From: Azolla caroliniana
Lineage: Eukaryota > Plantae > Polypodiophyta
Assembly (NCBI GenBank): GCA_043228905.1
Contig: JBHGNT010000013.1
Location: forward strand, 4,898,001-4,962,000
Reading direction: 5' to 3'
Length of the DNA: 64,000 bases
Positions 63,097-64,000 of the stretch are shown piece by piece. Each line of letters starts with the position of its first letter. The first letter of the stretch is position 1. The notes beneath the pieces were generated by a model. That model was not told where the DNA came from and did not search any database. It was given only the letters and a program-made list of their open reading frames with translations. A program made the translations under genes and the position numbers.

Positions 63097-64000
63097 ATGT
63101 CCGACTCAACTAGTGAGTTAGGCCAAATAATGGTAGCCTTACGACAACTACAACTTGAAAATGAAGCTCTTCGAAATTCTTTACAAGAACTTCAAGTTGG
63201 TACCTCCCTATCCTCACAACCCCCGAACCCTAGTCTCCCACAACAACCTAGCCTAGAGCCCGATCTTCTACCAACATCTAGCCTAGCTTCGTCACAGTTT
63301 CTTGAGCCTAAGGTTAGCCTCCCAGAAAAATCTGATGGAACGAGGTCGCGTTTCCGAGGGTTCATCAACCAAGTTCGACTTATCATTCGGCTACAACCTC
63401 AATGTTATGGAGATGGTCTTCGACAAGTCGGCCTTGTGGGCACCCTTCTCTCCGGTCCGGCCCAAGCTTGGTTTGCACCATTGGTAGAAACGTCATCATC
63501 TTTATTGGAGGACTTTCCCGCCTTCCTCGCCGAGTTAGAGGCCACATTTGGAGAGATGGACCGACGACGTACAACTCTTAACAAGATTTATGCACTCGAA
63601 CAAGGTTCATGTGCAACTTCGGTCTATGCTTCCGAATTTCGACAACTAGCATGCGACGTCAATTGGGATGATCAAGCTTTAGCTGATCACTTTCGGCGCG
63701 GTCTTCGAAGCAATGTCAAGAATCTTCTCTTAAACTTTCCGGAGCCCACCTCGTTATCCCAAGCGATTTCACAAGCAGTCCATTGTGACAATCGTGTTTT
63801 CGAATTTCGCCAAGAAGAGCGCCGGACTTGGGTTCCACCTCATTCACTTCCACGCCACGCCCCGGTCATACAACCCCAAGCATCCTCACACTCGCCTACT
63901 TCGGCAGATGCTCCTGTCCCCATGGAAATTGATCAAGCCCGATTTCGGCCATTGACTGATGCTGAACGACAATTTCGGCGGGCTAATGGCTTGTGCATGT
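63097..64000 (+). CDS. gag: Gag (partial, runs off window)
   Basis: EPKVSLPEKSDGTRSRFRGFINQVRL…VGTLLSGPAQAWFAPL…PVPMEID. Confidence 0.85.
   Translation, partial: MSDSTSELGQIMVALRQLQLENEALRNSLQELQVGTSLSSQPPNPSLPQQPSLEPDLLPTSSLASSQFLEPKVSLPEKSDGTRSRFRGFINQVRLIIRLQPQCYGDGLRQVGLVGTLLSGPAQAWFAPLVETSSSLLEDFPAFLAELEATFGEMDRRRTTLNKIYALEQGSCATSVYASEFRQLACDVNWDDQALADHFRRGLRSNVKNLLLNFPEPTSLSQAISQAVHCDNRVFEFRQEERRTWVPPHSLPRHAPVIQPQASSHSPTSADAPVPMEIDQARFRPLTDAERQFRRANGLCM

Larger units (their letters stand above)
49652..64000 (+). mobile_element. Third chromoviral Gypsy: LTR sequence at 49652-50000 and 62793-63046, gag from 63097 running off the window
   Basis: TGTCAAG start, GTGACA end, gag homologous to 31194-32318. 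Confidence 0.8.

Overview
Eukaryotic plant genomic DNA. The TE families and gene style suggest a fern or other seed-free vascular plant (inference). The first ~14 kb holds two host genes. One is an intronless plant protein with the conserved CAAVCCCP motif (1360-2214, +). The other is a three-exon minus-strand gene (12369-7730) whose predicted splicing joins three tandem C-x4-C...C-x3-H zinc-finger-like repeats to a divergent NAC domain, which is the most unusual feature here. From ~15.8 kb onward the window is a nested retroelement pile. It contains several Ty1/Copia elements and three Tcn1-like chromoviral Ty3/Gypsy elements (one intact and very young) with self-priming PBS; the two whose gag-pol junction lies in the window share a -1 frameshift pseudoknot and heat-shock elements in their LTRs. 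It also contains a tRNA-Trp-primed non-chromoviral Gypsy, LINE relics, a ~304-bp satellite made from RT coding sequence, and an endonuclease-less Penelope-like element ending in a hammerhead-ribozyme motif. tRNA-like A/B-box segments recur in the Gypsy LTRs. All calls are from manual reading; no searches were run.
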